The notes: generated by a model from the letters alone, not told the origin. A stretch of 64,000 nt of DNA from an uncultured Nitrososphaerales archaeon (GCA_963713605.1 CAVQMO010000005.1:96001-160000), one strand, 5' to 3'; counted from the stretch's first letter, positions 1-13,346 are shown. Made by a program: numbers and translations.

Positions 1-1579
1 TACCCTCAATACATCTACTTCCCCATTATTTTCTTTTGCTATTCTGATTGCAAATTTTATCAACCTATCGGGGTTCTCCGGTGTATACAAGATTAGGATT
101 CGGAAGTCTCTCCTTTCCAATGCCCCTTCGCTGGTAACCGTAGGAGCATAATGCTCAAGTTCCTTACGAAAGATATACACACGATATACAGCAAAACCAA
201 TTGCAACCCAGACTATTGTGATGACCCAGCTCAAGGGTTCTGTTACGAGTAAGTATATTGCTAGGCCAATCTTTAGAAAGATTCCAATGATCGGGATAAC
301 GGGGAAAAAGGGAGTTTTAAACCCGTAATCTAGTTTATCTCCATAAATCCTTCGTATATTTATCGCAGCCAGATTGACCTGTGTAAAGAGTAAAAGAAAG
401 ATTACCCCAGCAGCGATAGCAATTTGATCTAAAGGTAAACCAGAGGCCATCACTGCCATTATAAGACCTGAAAGTAGAATTGCGATGTACGGTGTTTTGT
501 TCCTAGGATGTATTGCGCTAAACTTATGTGGCAGATTATAATGTCTTCCCATAGCAAAAGCGACCCTTGCTGACGAGAAGGTTGTTGCATTTAGGGCAGC
601 TAGTGTGGAAATCATTCCTCCTCCAAGAACTATGAATGCACCATAAGGAATAATCAATTCGGCAGCAGCACTTATTCCCAATTCACCCTGATCGCCTATG
701 AACTTCCATGAAGGTACTCCACCTTCCGGAAAGATAGCCCCAATAGACACAAACGCAATGAGACAATACAAAACAACGACCGCAGACAAAGAAATGAAAA
801 TCGCTCTGGGAATATTTCGCTTAGGGTTCTTGACCTCCTCGCCCGTCTGAACTATAACCTCGTATCCCTCAAAGGCAATAAACGTCAATCCCATTGGCAG
901 CAACAATACCCGCAACTCCCATAGGCATAAAATCGGAAAAGTTCATCGTCCATTCTGGGTTAGTATGCATGGTCCACAAGCCCGCACCTATCAATGCAAA
1001 TATCAATCCCAGCTGGATTACCGTAACAATGTCGCCAGTCTTGCCAGTTTCCGAAGTTCCCTTAAAATTGACGTATGTAAATGCAGCAACGGAGGCAACG
1101 GCAATAACCTTGTCCAAGGGGATTATACCTAAAATAAGCAGGGTACCCTCTGAACCAACATCCTTAAAGAGATTGAGCTGCATCAGCAGACCATTGAAAA
1201 AAGAGGCAAAGCTTACCGCGTACAAACTCCCGGCAACAATATGTGCAAACCAAGCCATCCATCCGCTAATGAAAGCATTTGGACGAGGGAGACCTTCTCG
1301 TACCCAAAGGTAACCACCACCTGCCTCGGGCATTGCTGACCCAAGTTCAGCGTAAGCCATTGCAGTGAACAGTGTGATCGTTGCATTTATTACGAATGCA
1401 ATTATTACTGCGCTCCCGGCTAGTCCAATTGCCGGTCCAGTGAGTACAAAAATCGAACCACCGATCATGGCGGCTATTCCGACCATTATTACGTCGAGAA
1501 GGGACAAGGAGCGAACCAAGTGGTGTTCTTGAGGGCGATATGAAGGCGTGGATGACTCTCCAGAAGAAGAGCTGGCCAA
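1..1579 (-). CDS. APC-family amino acid permease (frameshift near 870-897; runs off the window start)
   Basis: N-terminal GIAAMIGGSIF, YAELGSAMPEAGGGY motifs; the minus strand continues in another frame with ...TFIAFEGYEVIVQTGEEVKNPKRNIPRAI... and further TM helices to position 1. Confidence 0.9.
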
Positions 1580-2530
1580 GTGCTACAATTAGGTCAGCGA
1601 ATCTTCTGAAATTAAAACCTTCGCATATTAAAAACAATTGATTTAAATAACTATTATTTGAAGTTCGAATAAAGACCTTTAGGTAATCAGAAGATCGGGA
1701 CTGTGAAGCATGAGCGCCGAGACCGAAACATTGCCATTTGTTAATGTTTGATAATTTTTTTGGTTTTGAGGCAAGTCATTGTCGCCTTTATCAGACAAAA
1801 ACTAAGAAATGCCAAAACTCAGTTTTATCGGTTTATTCCTTATTCCAATAAATAATTAATTTGATGGTAATTAAGTGGCTTGTCTGCTTAAGAATCAATT
1901 AGGTCTCTTCCAATTTGGTATTGCAGGGGATATGAAAGCAAACGCCATATGGGTTGAACCTCGACTGAACTTGTGGTCATAGAATTGCATATCTCTGCTT
2001 ACTTTGATTTAGCTTTAGTCTCCTATGCATGTACTAAAGTCCTTATGTCCTTAAATAAGGACCCGATCTAAACCTGTTTAGGTAAACTATTATTTTCCAA
2101 CGCATGAGCGAATTATCGACGAAACTACCTGCACAGACACATCTAAAGTAAACATTTGCTATAAGATATGATTAATGATAGTAGTTCAATAGTAGAGCAT
2201 TACTCATTCTTCCCCCAAATTGAGTTCAATCGCTCCAACATTTTCAAATTTATCAGTATCTTATGCAAATTTATCAGTGTCTTTCGTCGTTTCCTAGTTG
2301 TTAAAAATTCTCTTCTAGACACAATCTTAACTAAACAGCAGGTCATTTTTTTGGAACGAGGTTCATTAGTGATTTTCCTAGACGGGAGGGAAATTATCAA
2401 GGACAGTTGACAGTGAGATCCTAACTGATTGATTTCACAATTCTGTTACACGAGAAACTGGTATGAATAATATATAGTAGGATTCCAAAGCCGATGCCAG
2501 ATACAGGAGAGGAAAATTTCAATCGGATGC

Positions 2531-3857
2531 TTGACTGGGCGAGAAATACAAAAAGCAATATGGAGCGTACCGCAAAATTCTTCTAATTTGACTCTCGAGA
2601 ATGATGCAATTGCATTGCACCGTATTTTAAAGGGAAAGATTGGGATACAGAGCAGGGTATCAGCAAATTTCGGAAGAGGTTCTTCCGTTCCCAGTACTCT
2701 AGGTGAAAAAGCTCAAGGAATTAATGAAACTAGCAATGAGGCAAAGAAGGTCAACAAATTTGGGGTTCTGGAATTGATCTACACTCCAGGAGTCGCTGCT
2801 GTTGCCGAAGCGATAAGCAACGACAACGAACTCGCATATGATTACACTTCTAAGTGGAACAATGTGGCAATTATATGTGATGGCACCCGAGTTTTAGGTC
2901 TAGGTAACATTGGACCTCAAGGTGCCCTACCTGTAATGGAGGGAAAGTCAGGTACTGTTTAAACTATTAGGTGACATAAACGCTTATCCCTTATGCCTCA
3001 ATACTACTGATAAGGATGAAATTATTGGTTTTGTAAAAGCTGCAGAACCAACATTTGGTGCGATAAATATAGAAGATATTGAATCGCCCAAGGTTCTAGA
3101 AATAGTAGAGAAGTTGCAGCGAGAATTACCTATTCCAGTTTTTCACGACGATCAACATGGAACATCAATTGTCGCCCTTGCGGCTCTGATTAATGCATTA
3201 AAAGTAGTTAACAAGCCACGCATTAGCGAAGTCAATGTAGTAATAGCAGGCGCAGGTTCAGCCGGCTATGGAATTTCAAAGATACTAAAGCAGGTTGAAT
3301 GTAACCGAATATTAGTAATTGATAGTCAGGGAATAATCTACCAAAATAGACCAGTGGGAATATACAACAAGTATAAGAAAGAAATAAGTTTGATCACAAA
3401 TCCAACGCGTATGAAGGGATCTCTGCAAGACGCAATTGTCGGGGCAGACGTATTCATTGGCGTATCTGGGAGCCCAAATATATTAGATGGCAGAATGGTC
3501 AAGACCATGAGTAAGGATCCTATAGTATTTGCTTTAAGTAACCCTGAGCCGGAAATTCATCCTTCACAAGCACTCGCTAATGGAGCAAAAGTAGTTGCGA
3601 CTGGGAGATCCGATTTCCCTAACCAAATTAACAACGTCTCTGTTTTTCCGTCGATGCTTCGAGTCCTTTTGGATCTTCGAGTTAGAACGCTAAGTGAGGA
3701 TCTTCTAGTGGCTGTTGCGACGGGCATCGCGGATCTTGTGGAACAAGAACATTTGCACTCCGACTATATTTTGCCACCCATCGACGACCCGCGTATTCTA
3801 CCAACTGTTTCAGACAAATTGAGAGAAGTTATTAAGCATCATGTTGACGAGAAATGA
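2531..3857 (+). CDS. NAD(P)-dependent malic enzyme (frameshift near 2950)
   Basis: YTPGVA, DGTRVLGLGNIGP..ALPVMEGK, PVFHDDQHGT, GAGSAG, FALSNPEPEI, ATGRSDFPNQINN motifs across two ORFs plus the intervening INIEDIESP. Confidence 0.92.
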
Positions 3858-4868
3858 TAATACCAGGATTAATTTAGGGTGAATTCAGTCAGATTAATCT
3901 AATCGTCGGGGGCATACCATCAGGGACGAGCTTTAAAAGCTCAGCCTCGTTATGATAATGGCACTTTGTCAGATAAATGCTCTATTACCCGAACAACAAA
4001 GCTTCAACATGAGCAAGTTCCCTGCTCGGAATAATCATCAAGTACATGTCATGGGGCTTACCACCGTGCAGGTCTGGTAGCATAAAGTGTACATTAACGA
4101 TGTCTTCAGTAAAACCCCACTCGTCTGTGGCTCAATCCATTCTTATCATGCTCTATTGTGCCCTCACGTTCAACCTTGAAAATCACGCCAATGGAATTAG
4201 TCACAAGCTGCTTTAATGCATTTAAAGTATAATTGAACAGGTTACTATTCACGCCGCGGTCTATACTTTTTATCAATAGTCATGAAATCGAGGAATGCAA
4301 TAGTCAATTCGTTCAATGCGTAGAGCGAGGAGAATCCCACTATGGTGTCTTACTGTCGCACCAGAAAGAGGTGATATTTTGGGTCAAATCCGAGCACGAG
4401 TGTAATCATATTGATAGGTCTAATATGTGAAACGGAAAATGAAGCTAGATAAATCCTCTATACTTTCTTAAAATATGCAGGTGACATTTCCGATTCGACT
4501 AACGAAAAATCCATTGACTGGCCACCATCTGTCTATCTCTCTCATGTCATCCAAAGACACTCGTATATGTCACTTTTTCCGAGATTGACAAATAAGTCAC
4601 AGCATAAGTAAGCAACGCTTAGTTGCTGGGGTCAGTCAAATCTCTCAAAGGCTAGTATCATGACATTATATAGTTATAAGTTTCATTGTCAGGACTAGAG
4701 GACCTTGTACTTTTCTCCTGATACTATCTCACTTCATGTTTGTGAACTGTCTGTTTCTTCGAGTTCTTGTCAACCTTTATCTCAAGTAAGCATATTGAAA
4801 CAAGTAAGGATACTTAGAGTTGGATGTTATGAATAGGACTCGGAGTTAGATGTGGCTCAACTTTTTAT

Positions 4869-5276
4869 ATGTCGTATGGGTTAGTAAGAATAAGGATAAC
4901 ACAAATGCGTTCCGGTTGGGCAGATAAGGCCACCACATTGCTAAATAGAGGCTTCCCACGAATGTATCTTCTGAACATGCTCAAGGATAAGCCGATGAAC
5001 GGAAAAGAGATAATTGAAACTTTACTAAATAACAGTGGAGGAACATGGAAACCTTCACCTAAGATCGTCTATCCATTGCTGGCCAAACTGGTGGGAGAAG
5101 ACTTGTTGTATCAAACCGATGAAGGACAATACGCTCTGACAAGAAAAGGGATTAGAGTAGCAAGTGATGCAGGCACAGTATCTAGGACTCTCAAAAAACA
5201 GTTAAGTTATCTTGCTAAATTTAGTACACTAGTTGGTAATACATTTCTTACGAGATTTAAGAAACGGTTTTCTTAA
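4869..5276 (+). CDS. PadR-family transcriptional regulator
   Basis: PMNGKEII...WKPSPKIVYPLLAKL...YALTRKG winged-helix signature. Confidence 0.8.
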   Translation: MSYGLVRIRITQMRSGWADKATTLLNRGFPRMYLLNMLKDKPMNGKEIIETLLNNSGGTWKPSPKIVYPLLAKLVGEDLLYQTDEGQYALTRKGIRVASDAGTVSRTLKKQLSYLAKFSTLVGNTFLTRFKKRFS

Positions 5277-5639
5277 AAAATTCTAAAGTTGGGCTGTATT
5301 GCGAATACGGATTCTTACAACACATTTTCATGGAATGATGGACAATTTAGTAAGCAGACATCAATCATAAAGTATGCGTTTTTGCTGGAAGTCAACCCAT
5401 ATTGATACCCGATGTAATATGATTTCTAGAGCAAGCACTTCGATAACAATTCGAATAAGCCATCAAAAGCATATACGGTTTGAATAATTTATTGTAGGCT
5501 AAAAAACGTTCCTGTTTGAATATCTTGATTTGTTAATAACGATAGTGAGATAAGTCATTAGGGGTAATAATCGCAAAAAATGAATGAAAGTAAACAGATC
5601 GTAACCACTACAAAAATATTGGTCTCATTTACCTGTTTA

Positions 5640-6272
5640 TCATTCGATCTTGATCTGCTTTCCCTTTGGCTTTGTTTCCTTTTTCTTGTCAAAGGTTATT
5701 TCTAGGATGCCATTGTTGTACTTCAATCGGGCTGTTTTTACATCTGTTTCTGTAGGTAGGTCTATTAACTTGTGATACTTTCTTTTAGGTTCAAGGCTTC
5801 TTACCTCTACGGTGTTGTCATAGGAATCTATCTTGATCTTGTCCTTCTCAACTCCAGGCATTTCTACGGTCACTTTGACATTACCTTCAGTCGCCAATAC
5901 GTCAATCATGGGTTCCCTTTCTTCCCCAATTTCTGGTCTAGGAGGCTTGGCGTCAGCTTTGAGACCATATACTTGACCTCTCTTGACGTTACCAAACTCG
6001 CGAATCAATGGTTTACCATCTGGGCCTACTGTCATGGAGTACCCATATACTAAGGGACCTATCTTCCGAGCTTTGGTTCCATCTGAATTCTCGTATTCTG
6101 AGACAAGCTCTTTGGGCGCTTGCCTCTCTAGAAGTTCAAACTCTTCTTCCATTTTTGTAAAACCCGAAAGTAATTCATCGAAGAATGTTGGTCCAATTTC
6201 TCTATCTAACAGCGGCAGTAATTTTCTTGCTCCTGTAAACCAGCCATTTGGTTCTATGTTCCAAAAACTCAT
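5640..6272 (-). CDS. hsp20: archaeal small heat-shock protein Hsp20
   Basis: GPLVYGYSMTVGPDGKP.IREFGNV, EREPMIDV, EMPGVEK, YNNGILEI alpha-crystallin domain. Confidence 0.93.
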   Translation of the reverse strand: MSFWNIEPNGWFTGARKLLPLLDREIGPTFFDELLSGFTKMEEEFELLERQAPKELVSEYENSDGTKARKIGPLVYGYSMTVGPDGKPLIREFGNVKRGQVYGLKADAKPPRPEIGEEREPMIDVLATEGNVKVTVEMPGVEKDKIKIDSYDNTVEVRSLEPKRKYHKLIDLPTETDVKTARLKYNNGILEITFDKKKETKPKGKQIKIE

Positions 6273-6571
6273 TTCTCTTCAAATTCACCTTACGGATATT
6301 TATGGTTCTCAGATATATAAACGTGACTAACTAGGGGTTACCAACTAAACGAGAACAAGATAGATTAGATATCTACATTTGCAAGCTCGTATGTACAAGA
6401 AGAAGAAGCTAATCATGCCTGTCTAGGAAAATGATAACGTCGGCCTTAGTGAGGAATAAGAATAATATGAGAAAATTCATGCACCTTCATCGTCTTGAGA
6501 ACCATGTTTAGGCAAAAGAGTAATAGGAACCGTATCCGTTAAAAAGATCGGAAACAGGTGAACTAATTAAC

Positions 6572-7511
6572 TTGGTTAAAAAAATTGTTTCTTTCTTGCC
6601 CAGCTCCACGGAAATCCTTTACGAGTTGGGGCTAGAAGCAGAGATCACCGGAGTAACGCATGAATGCAAATACCCAGATTCGGCTAGAGAAAAACCAAGG
6701 GTGGTAAACGCTACCATTGATTGCTCCGCAATGAGCAGCAGGGGTATTGATGATCGGGTTGGAGAATTGTCTAGGACTGGAGGAGAAATATATGTTTTAG
6801 ATAGCGATGTCCTAAAGGAAGCAAAGCCTGACCTTATAATTGCTCAAGGTGTTTGTAAGGTATGTGCTCCACACACCAAGGAAATAGAAAGAGCGTTCGA
6901 AATTCTCGGGTATAAACCAGATTTAGTCGGTACTCGACCCTCACGGGCTTGATGATATCTTAAACAGCATATGTGATGTGGCCAACCAGGTCAATAAAAC
7001 GGAAGAGGGTCGTCTACTGGTCTCCAAATTGCGACAGAGAATACAAAGAGTGGAGAATGAGGCAACGCAGAAACTGGATCAGAAAATCAAGCGGCCCAGG
7101 GTAATATGTATAGAATGGATCGAACCGTTCTATGTGGCTGGCCATTGGGTACCTCAAATGGTCGAGATAGCAGGAGGGATGAACGGCATTAGCTCACATG
7201 GAGAACCCTCACGGCGCATAAGTCTGGAAGAAATTTCCCAATATCAGCCGGATAAGATAGTTCTTATGCCTTGCGGGTTCGAGATTGATAGGACCTGCAA
7301 GGAAATGTGTGCTTTAAACAATAATGATGGATGGAAGGCACTGGGCGCAGTTAAGCGAGGAGAAGTATATATCGTAAATGCGAATGCCTATTTTAGCAAA
7401 CCTGGACCAAGAGTAGTGGTGGGATTGGAGATTCTGGCAAAAATAATTAACCCTGGAGCTTTTGCAGAGTTAGAATTACCTTCTAATGCATATAGAAAAT
7501 TCACCTATTAA
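6572..7511 (+). CDS. cobalamin/Fe-siderophore ABC-type substrate-binding protein, BtuF-like (frameshift near 6930-6950)
   Basis: IVSFLPSSTEILYELG, GVTHECKYP, EWIEPFYVAGHWVPQMVEIAGG, YFSKPGPR. Confidence 0.85.
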
Positions 7512-8325
7512 ACTCCCAGTCAATATATCACCTTACCTTACCTTTGGTCCGTTTGAACGAGGGTATTCTGCTAGTCTACTCAAAATTGAAATTCGGGGTC
7601 AGTGACAAGGTATTGGATAATTTTAGACTTGGCTGTTGTGACAAATGTTAGAACACTCCTATGGAACTCTACAAGGTCATTGAACGTTCTGAACGCCTTT
7701 GTATTAGGTGCAATAAGGGAAATCAATACTGTTTTGAATAAAATCTTTGTTCAACAACATAGTTCAAATGGATTAAGCGTAAAAGCCTATTGAACTTCTT
7801 ATGAACAGTGTCTACACCATACAGGAATTGTGGGACCTGTATACAGATTGGAACGAAGATGTACACGGGTGTGTACACGACCTCCTTATTTATAACTCCA
7901 ATTTATGTCGTTTTCGATAACAATTAGAAAAAATCTTTGCCTCTACCATAACTGGTGGCAATAAGCATCAGACTAACGGGTCACTTTAATTGGAAAAGCA
8001 GACTGATATAGGGCGCGGCATTTTTAGAATTCAAATACAAATATTCTGGAAAATTTATGTCTCACGCACAGAAGACCGGGTTTGGAGAGAAAGGGTGAAT
8101 GGAAACGTTATTTGTAACGGGTGTGAGAGAGTCTCGGATATCAAATCCAGTAAATAGTAGCCTCTTTTGCGATTCCATGAATCGTAGGTAAATCACCGGA
8201 GACTGCTGGAGGCCAATTTCCGGACATCAAAAGTCAAAATCTTTACCTCTCATCCTTGGACCTGTTGTATCAGGCTTTATTACGGGCTTACTTATATGAA
8301 GGATGCTCAATTATGAATACTAGAG

Positions 8326-8887
8326 ATGTTGGGAGGAGGTCATTATATGATTCATAGTGACAGCGGCGGTGCAGATGACCCTTCAGAGGCTTCATCAGCT
8401 ACAACAGCAGTAAGGCAGAATCGTGGATCGCTTCATCAGGGGAAGAGCGGGCCAGATGCCAGGCTTACTTCAATTCGTGATGCCAATCGGACAATTAGAG
8501 ATGACCGAACTGACCGTATGGAAGACTATCTCGAGGTGATTTATGAGCTTGTACTACAGAAGGGTTATGCGACAACAGTTGACATTTCCGATTACCTCAA
8601 TGTTTCCTCACCAAGCGTTACAAGGATGATGAAAAAGCTTACATGAAACGGGATTCCTCAGGTATGAAAAATACAGGGGAGTGAGCTTAACAGACAAGGG
8701 GATAGAGGTGGCGAAAGCCATACGCAAGAGGCACGGTATACTCGCCGAGTTTTTTAAGATGATTGGCGTTCAGGACGATATCGCTAACGAAGATGCAGAG
8801 GGAATAGAACACCATCTACATTCTGAGACTTTAAAGAAACTTGAAGAATTTGTCAGGAGCCTAAAAGCAACCCACAAAATACGGTAG
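8326..8887 (+). CDS. DtxR/MntR-family metal-dependent regulator (frameshift near 8640)
   Basis: MEDYLEVIYEL, LNVSSPSVTRM, LTDKG, RHGILAEFF, AEGIEHHL motifs. Confidence 0.9.
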
Positions 8888-9269
8888 CTGTCATTTCACC
8901 TGCGTCCTTCATCATTATTAGGAAATTTTTACTGCCCTATTAGAATGCATGTTCCATTTGCTAAAATTATGGTTGCTCACTTGTTACCAATAACTTTATT
9001 GTTGCTATCTGATTAACATAAAAATTGCCTGTTCCTCAAGTAGAATTCAAATCATCTGTCGCTATCGGCATAAGACATCCAAGCAGGATAGGCGATCAAC
9101 TAATCAAGCTTCTATGTATTCTTCTCTATGGTGGTAAATTGTGCATCGAACCCCGAAGGCGTCCTCTCTACTTACAATTAATATTAATACTGTGTTCTCA
9201 ACTAAGGAATTGACCTAAAACAAAAAAAGGACATAATTAATACTCATTTTCTAAGTTCTGACTGATGGG

Positions 9270-9520
9270 GGGATGTTGAATTAGGTCCCTGCCATGGGGG
9301 AATATCTCTCGTCTGAATATCGAATTCAATAGGAATTCTTCCTGGACCAGCTATCAGGAGACTTCATCGAAATGGACATTAACAATAATTCCAATTCAAA
9401 ACCGCCTACCAAGCCTTCGAAGATCTTAGCTGAGAAAGATCGCACCTATCATTTCGATTATGAATAGTATCGATACTAGGACTCCAACAACCAGCTACAA
9501 CCTCAAGTATCCCAGCATAG
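9270..9520 (-). pseudogene. DoxX-family membrane protein remnant
   Basis: Minus-strand fragments in several frames: LVVGVLVSILFIIEMIGAIF*, GLVGGFELELLLMSIS, SLLIAGPGRIPIEFDI, RREIFPHGR; no N-terminus found. Confidence 0.6.
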
Positions 9521-9532
9521 ACATCAATGCAT

Positions 9533-9910
9533 TCAATCAAGGATGATATTGATCCCAACCAGTTGTCCCTTAGTTCTAGATAGAATCCCTGCCAATCTAA
9601 CCCAGAATCCATATTTCTTGTTCCTCAAGCTCAATGCATTATCTAGCTCCTCTCGATTTGCCATAGAAGCCTTTCCTCTGTGCCACTGACCCTTGAGCTG
9701 ACCTCTCATTCCGCACGGCGCTACACGTACATTTGGATTATTTCTCAGGCGCTTTACTTTGCCGGTCTGATTTCTAGTTACAACACTAATCTTCTTTCCG
9801 TCAATAGTAAACCAAACAGGGGTAGCAACACCTTCTCCGTTTCTTTTCAAAGTCTCGAGCTTAAGATAGCGATACTGAGAAAGCGTTGAAACTGGATCGG
9901 AGGATGACAT
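9533..9910 (-). CDS. PPOX-class F420-dependent oxidoreductase
   Basis: YLKLETLKRNGEGVATPVWF, GKVKRLRNNPNVRVAPC..RG. Confidence 0.88.
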   Translation of the reverse strand: MSSSDPVSTLSQYRYLKLETLKRNGEGVATPVWFTIDGKKISVVTRNQTGKVKRLRNNPNVRVAPCGMRGQLKGQWHRGKASMANREELDNALSLRNKKYGFWVRLAGILSRTKGQLVGINIILD

Positions 9911-10012
9911 ATCTTCAAAGTTAAATCCGTTTTTATTATTGTTTTCCTTCCCATCGCCGTTGAAAAGATACTCCTTTTATAAGAGTAACTGCTTAGATGA
10001 TTAGCTGAGCTA

Positions 10013-10144
10013 TTGTCAACATCAACTTCATCATCTAGCTACACGTGTGAAATATGTGGAATCACATTCAGTACATTGAATGAAAAAGAAGAACATATCA
10101 AGCTAGAACATAAGGAACATCATCCTCCCACAGGAGTCGGATAA
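10013..10144 (+). CDS. 43-aa C2H2 zinc-finger microprotein (not in ORF track)
   Basis: TTG start; MSTSTSSSSYTCEICGITFSTLNEKEEHIKLEHKEHHPPTGVG*; TTTTATAA box ~30 nt upstream. Confidence 0.75.
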   Translation: MSTSTSSSSYTCEICGITFSTLNEKEEHIKLEHKEHHPPTGVG

Positions 10145-10704
10145 TTATCTCTCAATTATATTCCTGCGGCACATAAAAACCAATCACGAAAATTAGAGCA
10201 GTTATCAATATATCTTTTAGATGTGGTAGACGGGAACTCTATCAGGCTCAAACCTGTTTTGAACCTTTTCACTCTGGCAATAATAATTACTATACCTATT
10301 GATTTTTTGTCGGTTTGATTTGGTTTGGTACCAAATACCAAATAATGAAAAATTTTTATCGGTGACGACGGCTATCTTCTAGGATAATTTACAATCCTTA
10401 AGTTCTCAAAATGGTGTCAAGGATAACACTACATATCCTGCTGAAGATCCCTAAACTTAGCATTTCGCTCCCATGCCAACGTCGCCTCGTGACAGCTATA
10501 TGAGTTAGGTTCTTTTTTTAGGAACACTCGTTCTGTTGATCTAGAACCATGAATGACACATCAATCATTAAGTTCCGCTTTAAGTTAAGATCAGTAATTC
10601 AATTCAACTTAATCAAGACCGAGTGTTCATATTGGGTTCAGTTCAATTTGTTAATTTAAATCCACCAAGGTCGGTGCTCTAAGTCTATGAGGCAACCCCT
10701 TAAG

Positions 10705-11305
10705 CTAAGGGGGTAAAATTACTGATTTTATTCTAAACTTTTCCCAATTTCTTCGACAAATGCAATCTCTGACAGACTTCCTCCTCTCTCGTGGGGAATA
10801 TGCCTTTTCTGAGAATCTTTCGGGGAGTACGTAGTGCTTATCTTGATATCCTATTGCGATCATGACTCCAACTTCAAACCCGTCTAGAATTTTAAAGACT
10901 TCGATGGCCTTCTGAACGTCTAAACCCCCTATTTCGTGCATGATAAGACCTTGGTTAAATGCCTCAAGAAACATATTCTCATTAGCGGCCACTAGATCAT
11001 AAAAATGAAGCCTATTGTATTCCTCTCCTTCCGAACAATTTTTTTTGCTATTGCACATGAGTATCGGAGATCTTTTAGCATAAGAATTGGATTCAAGCAA
11101 GACAGATTGAGCCTCCATTAATATTACTGGATTATCTACCACGGTTGTTCATTTTTGAAAGATGGGGCCCATCTTGCAGCTTCTAATATGGATAATAATT
11201 TAGATCTCTCTACTGGTTTTGTCGAAAATGCTCTTGCGCTCCATCCCTTCGCAGCTCATTGACCAGGTGCCCTGTCTTTGCGATTTTAGTAATTATTTCC
11301 TCCAT
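10705..11305 (-). pseudogene. nitroreductase-family protein, disrupted
   Basis: WSARAFSTKPVE...LEAARWAPSFKNEQPW* then, in other frames, YDL.AA.ENMFLEAFNQGL..HEIGG...MIAIGY; several lesions. Confidence 0.75.
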
Positions 11306-11607
11306 CGCAGAATCACTTTTACCTGTTGCATACTCAGAGTAATTGTTTGTTACTCCAATTGTGCCGGTAGGGAAGTGGGTCGATAATTATAGATCTAACG
11401 GAATAAATCACTGAAGGAGAAGGGGTACATGTATATCAATAGAAATTCTGATATCCCCGACGAAATAATTACAACTCCTTCCTGCGACTGTGACTTTCGT
11501 ATAGTCGCTTGATTGATATTTTAATCCTAATGATACATCTTATGATGCTACTGTTGTTCATGAAAATAATGTAGCGAACTACTGACTAATTGATTGGATC
11601 CGTTATT

Positions 11608-12216
11608 CTAAAAGTTAAAATCACCGCCGAAGTCCATTCCCGAATCTCCAAAACTATCGAAACCCCCTCCTCCACTACTGTCGCTACCAGAATCTGCAGC
11701 ACCGACGTCTTCTTGGCTAGCAGCATCCGAGCCAGAGTCTGTCGAGTCAGAGGCGCTTCCGGAATCTCCAGCCATCGAGCTCTCCTGAGGACTCATTGCC
11801 ATACCCATGAAGGACATCATCGAAGCGAAAAACATTACATTAATCAGACCAGAGAAAAGCATCATCGGGATCCAGGCTCTATCAGCTTCCATAAATGATT
11901 GCAACTGCGCAGTGTTACCATTGCTGTAGGCTTGCTCAATGTCCTTAGCCTTCTGTTGTAATTCTCGTTTTTTGGAGTCAAGCAGGCTCTGACCAGTCGG
12001 ATTGATAACGAATTCTATCTTGTTTCGAAAGAAGCCTTTCTTTTCCATTCGGATTACTAATCGCTGCAGTGCAAGATCGTTGAGTATTAGTTCTACCTGC
12101 GGTTTATCAAGCCGGGTCACCTTGCTAATCTTATCTGCTGTTTTCATTCCTCTGCCGATTGCATCTAGCACCATGAAATGATTTGGACTATCGTTAACCT
12201 TAACGTCACTAGACAT
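11608..12216 (-). CDS. winged-helix domain protein with a hydrophobic Met-rich segment and Gly/Asp/Ser-rich tail
   Basis: N-terminal HTH-like region (VLDAIGRG.KTADKISKVTRL...INPTG); tail ends DFGGDFNF. Confidence 0.65.
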   Translation of the reverse strand: MSSDVKVNDSPNHFMVLDAIGRGMKTADKISKVTRLDKPQVELILNDLALQRLVIRMEKKGFFRNKIEFVINPTGQSLLDSKKRELQQKAKDIEQAYSNGNTAQLQSFMEADRAWIPMMLFSGLINVMFFASMMSFMGMAMSPQESSMAGDSGSASDSTDSGSDAASQEDVGAADSGSDSSGGGGFDSFGDSGMDFGGDFNF

Positions 12217-12752
12217 ATGCTATCTTAGGTACTCGCAAATTATAATAAATTATTGGTTTACGTTGTGTTGCAACGTAATGCCTCTCATGAGTAATTTATA
12301 TGCACTAATCAGGTTGGCCAATTGTATGGTCGTAAAATGATTCAGCAAACGCTTCTTTGCTTTAAAAGAGCGAATTCCCTCAACTCTCAAAGACAATAAT
12401 TAGCAAATTTGTCCATGGGAAGCGAACCCAAAAGGAATCAAATGGCTAATCAATTACAGCGACCAACAACTGGACACAGTCTAATTTTATGGCATCCCTG
12501 ATCCCGATTCGCGAATGGTGACACTTTATTGACCTGGAGAAAACAGAGAAAATGGCTAAAAAGGAAATCGTTCAGATTTAATGATAAGGATAATCAAACA
12601 GCAAATACGGTCATAAAGAAATCAGTAGGAAAATTTGCATGCAAGCCTTACAATAATAATCAGAAGTTTGTTAGTTACTAAAATTAATAAAGGTATAGTC
12701 GTTCTGGAGTTTTTGAGGCTACTATTATAAAGACTATGATGGGTAAAAGAAT

Positions 12753-13346
12753 ATGAAACCACTATCGCGACGACGGATTTCAAAAATGCCGCTGCTCGGC
12801 TTTTCAGCAGGACTGCTTCTCCTATCGGTATGCCTCTCGCTCGCAATATCTCCACGTTCTCAACAAAATCTTGCTATCGCGCAAGATCAGTCCCCTAGTG
12901 CAAGTGAAATGTCAGTCAGAGACGAAATATTGTCAAATGATGCTAATGATGAGATAAGGCTATTGCCAAAGTACTCTCCGAATAGTATCTCTCAAGCACT
13001 CAACTACTCACATTTTGTACCACTGAGTCCGTTAAGCAATAGCCCAGGAAATCAAGTCAAATTACTTCTCAACTATAATGTGACTGAATCATCTTTAATG
13101 GATAGCCCTATAAACGCCATTATGGAAATTTATGCCGCCAACCAATCATTGATACGAACTTCATCGCTTCCTCATCCATTAAACCTAACAAGTTCTGAGG
13201 GAACCATCCAACTCGCTACCACTTTAAATGATCACAATCTGAAAAATATAACCGCAGTAGCATTGCTCACAGATGATGAGAAGGCTATTCCTGTATCTAA
13301 CGTCCTGGAGGCCCGGCTCAACTTAGGCGAAATGAGCGAGCGCTGA
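12753..13346 (+). CDS. secreted hypothetical protein
   Basis: Signal-peptide-like N-terminus ending AIAQ; 197-aa open frame. Confidence 0.65.
   Translation: MKPLSRRRISKMPLLGFSAGLLLLSVCLSLAISPRSQQNLAIAQDQSPSASEMSVRDEILSNDANDEIRLLPKYSPNSISQALNYSHFVPLSPLSNSPGNQVKLLLNYNVTESSLMDSPINAIMEIYAANQSLIRTSSLPHPLNLTSSEGTIQLATTLNDHNLKNITAVALLTDDEKAIPVSNVLEARLNLGEMSER

Noticed and set aside
2940..2965. Programmed ribosomal frameshifting in split genes such as the malic enzyme
   Set aside because: Splits are widespread with no consistent slippery motif, so sequencing indels explain them better.
3900..4220. Minus-strand coding-like fragments (DEWGFTEDIVNVHFMLPDLHGGKPHDMYL)
   Set aside because: Possibly a decayed gene, but I cannot assign a family or boundaries.
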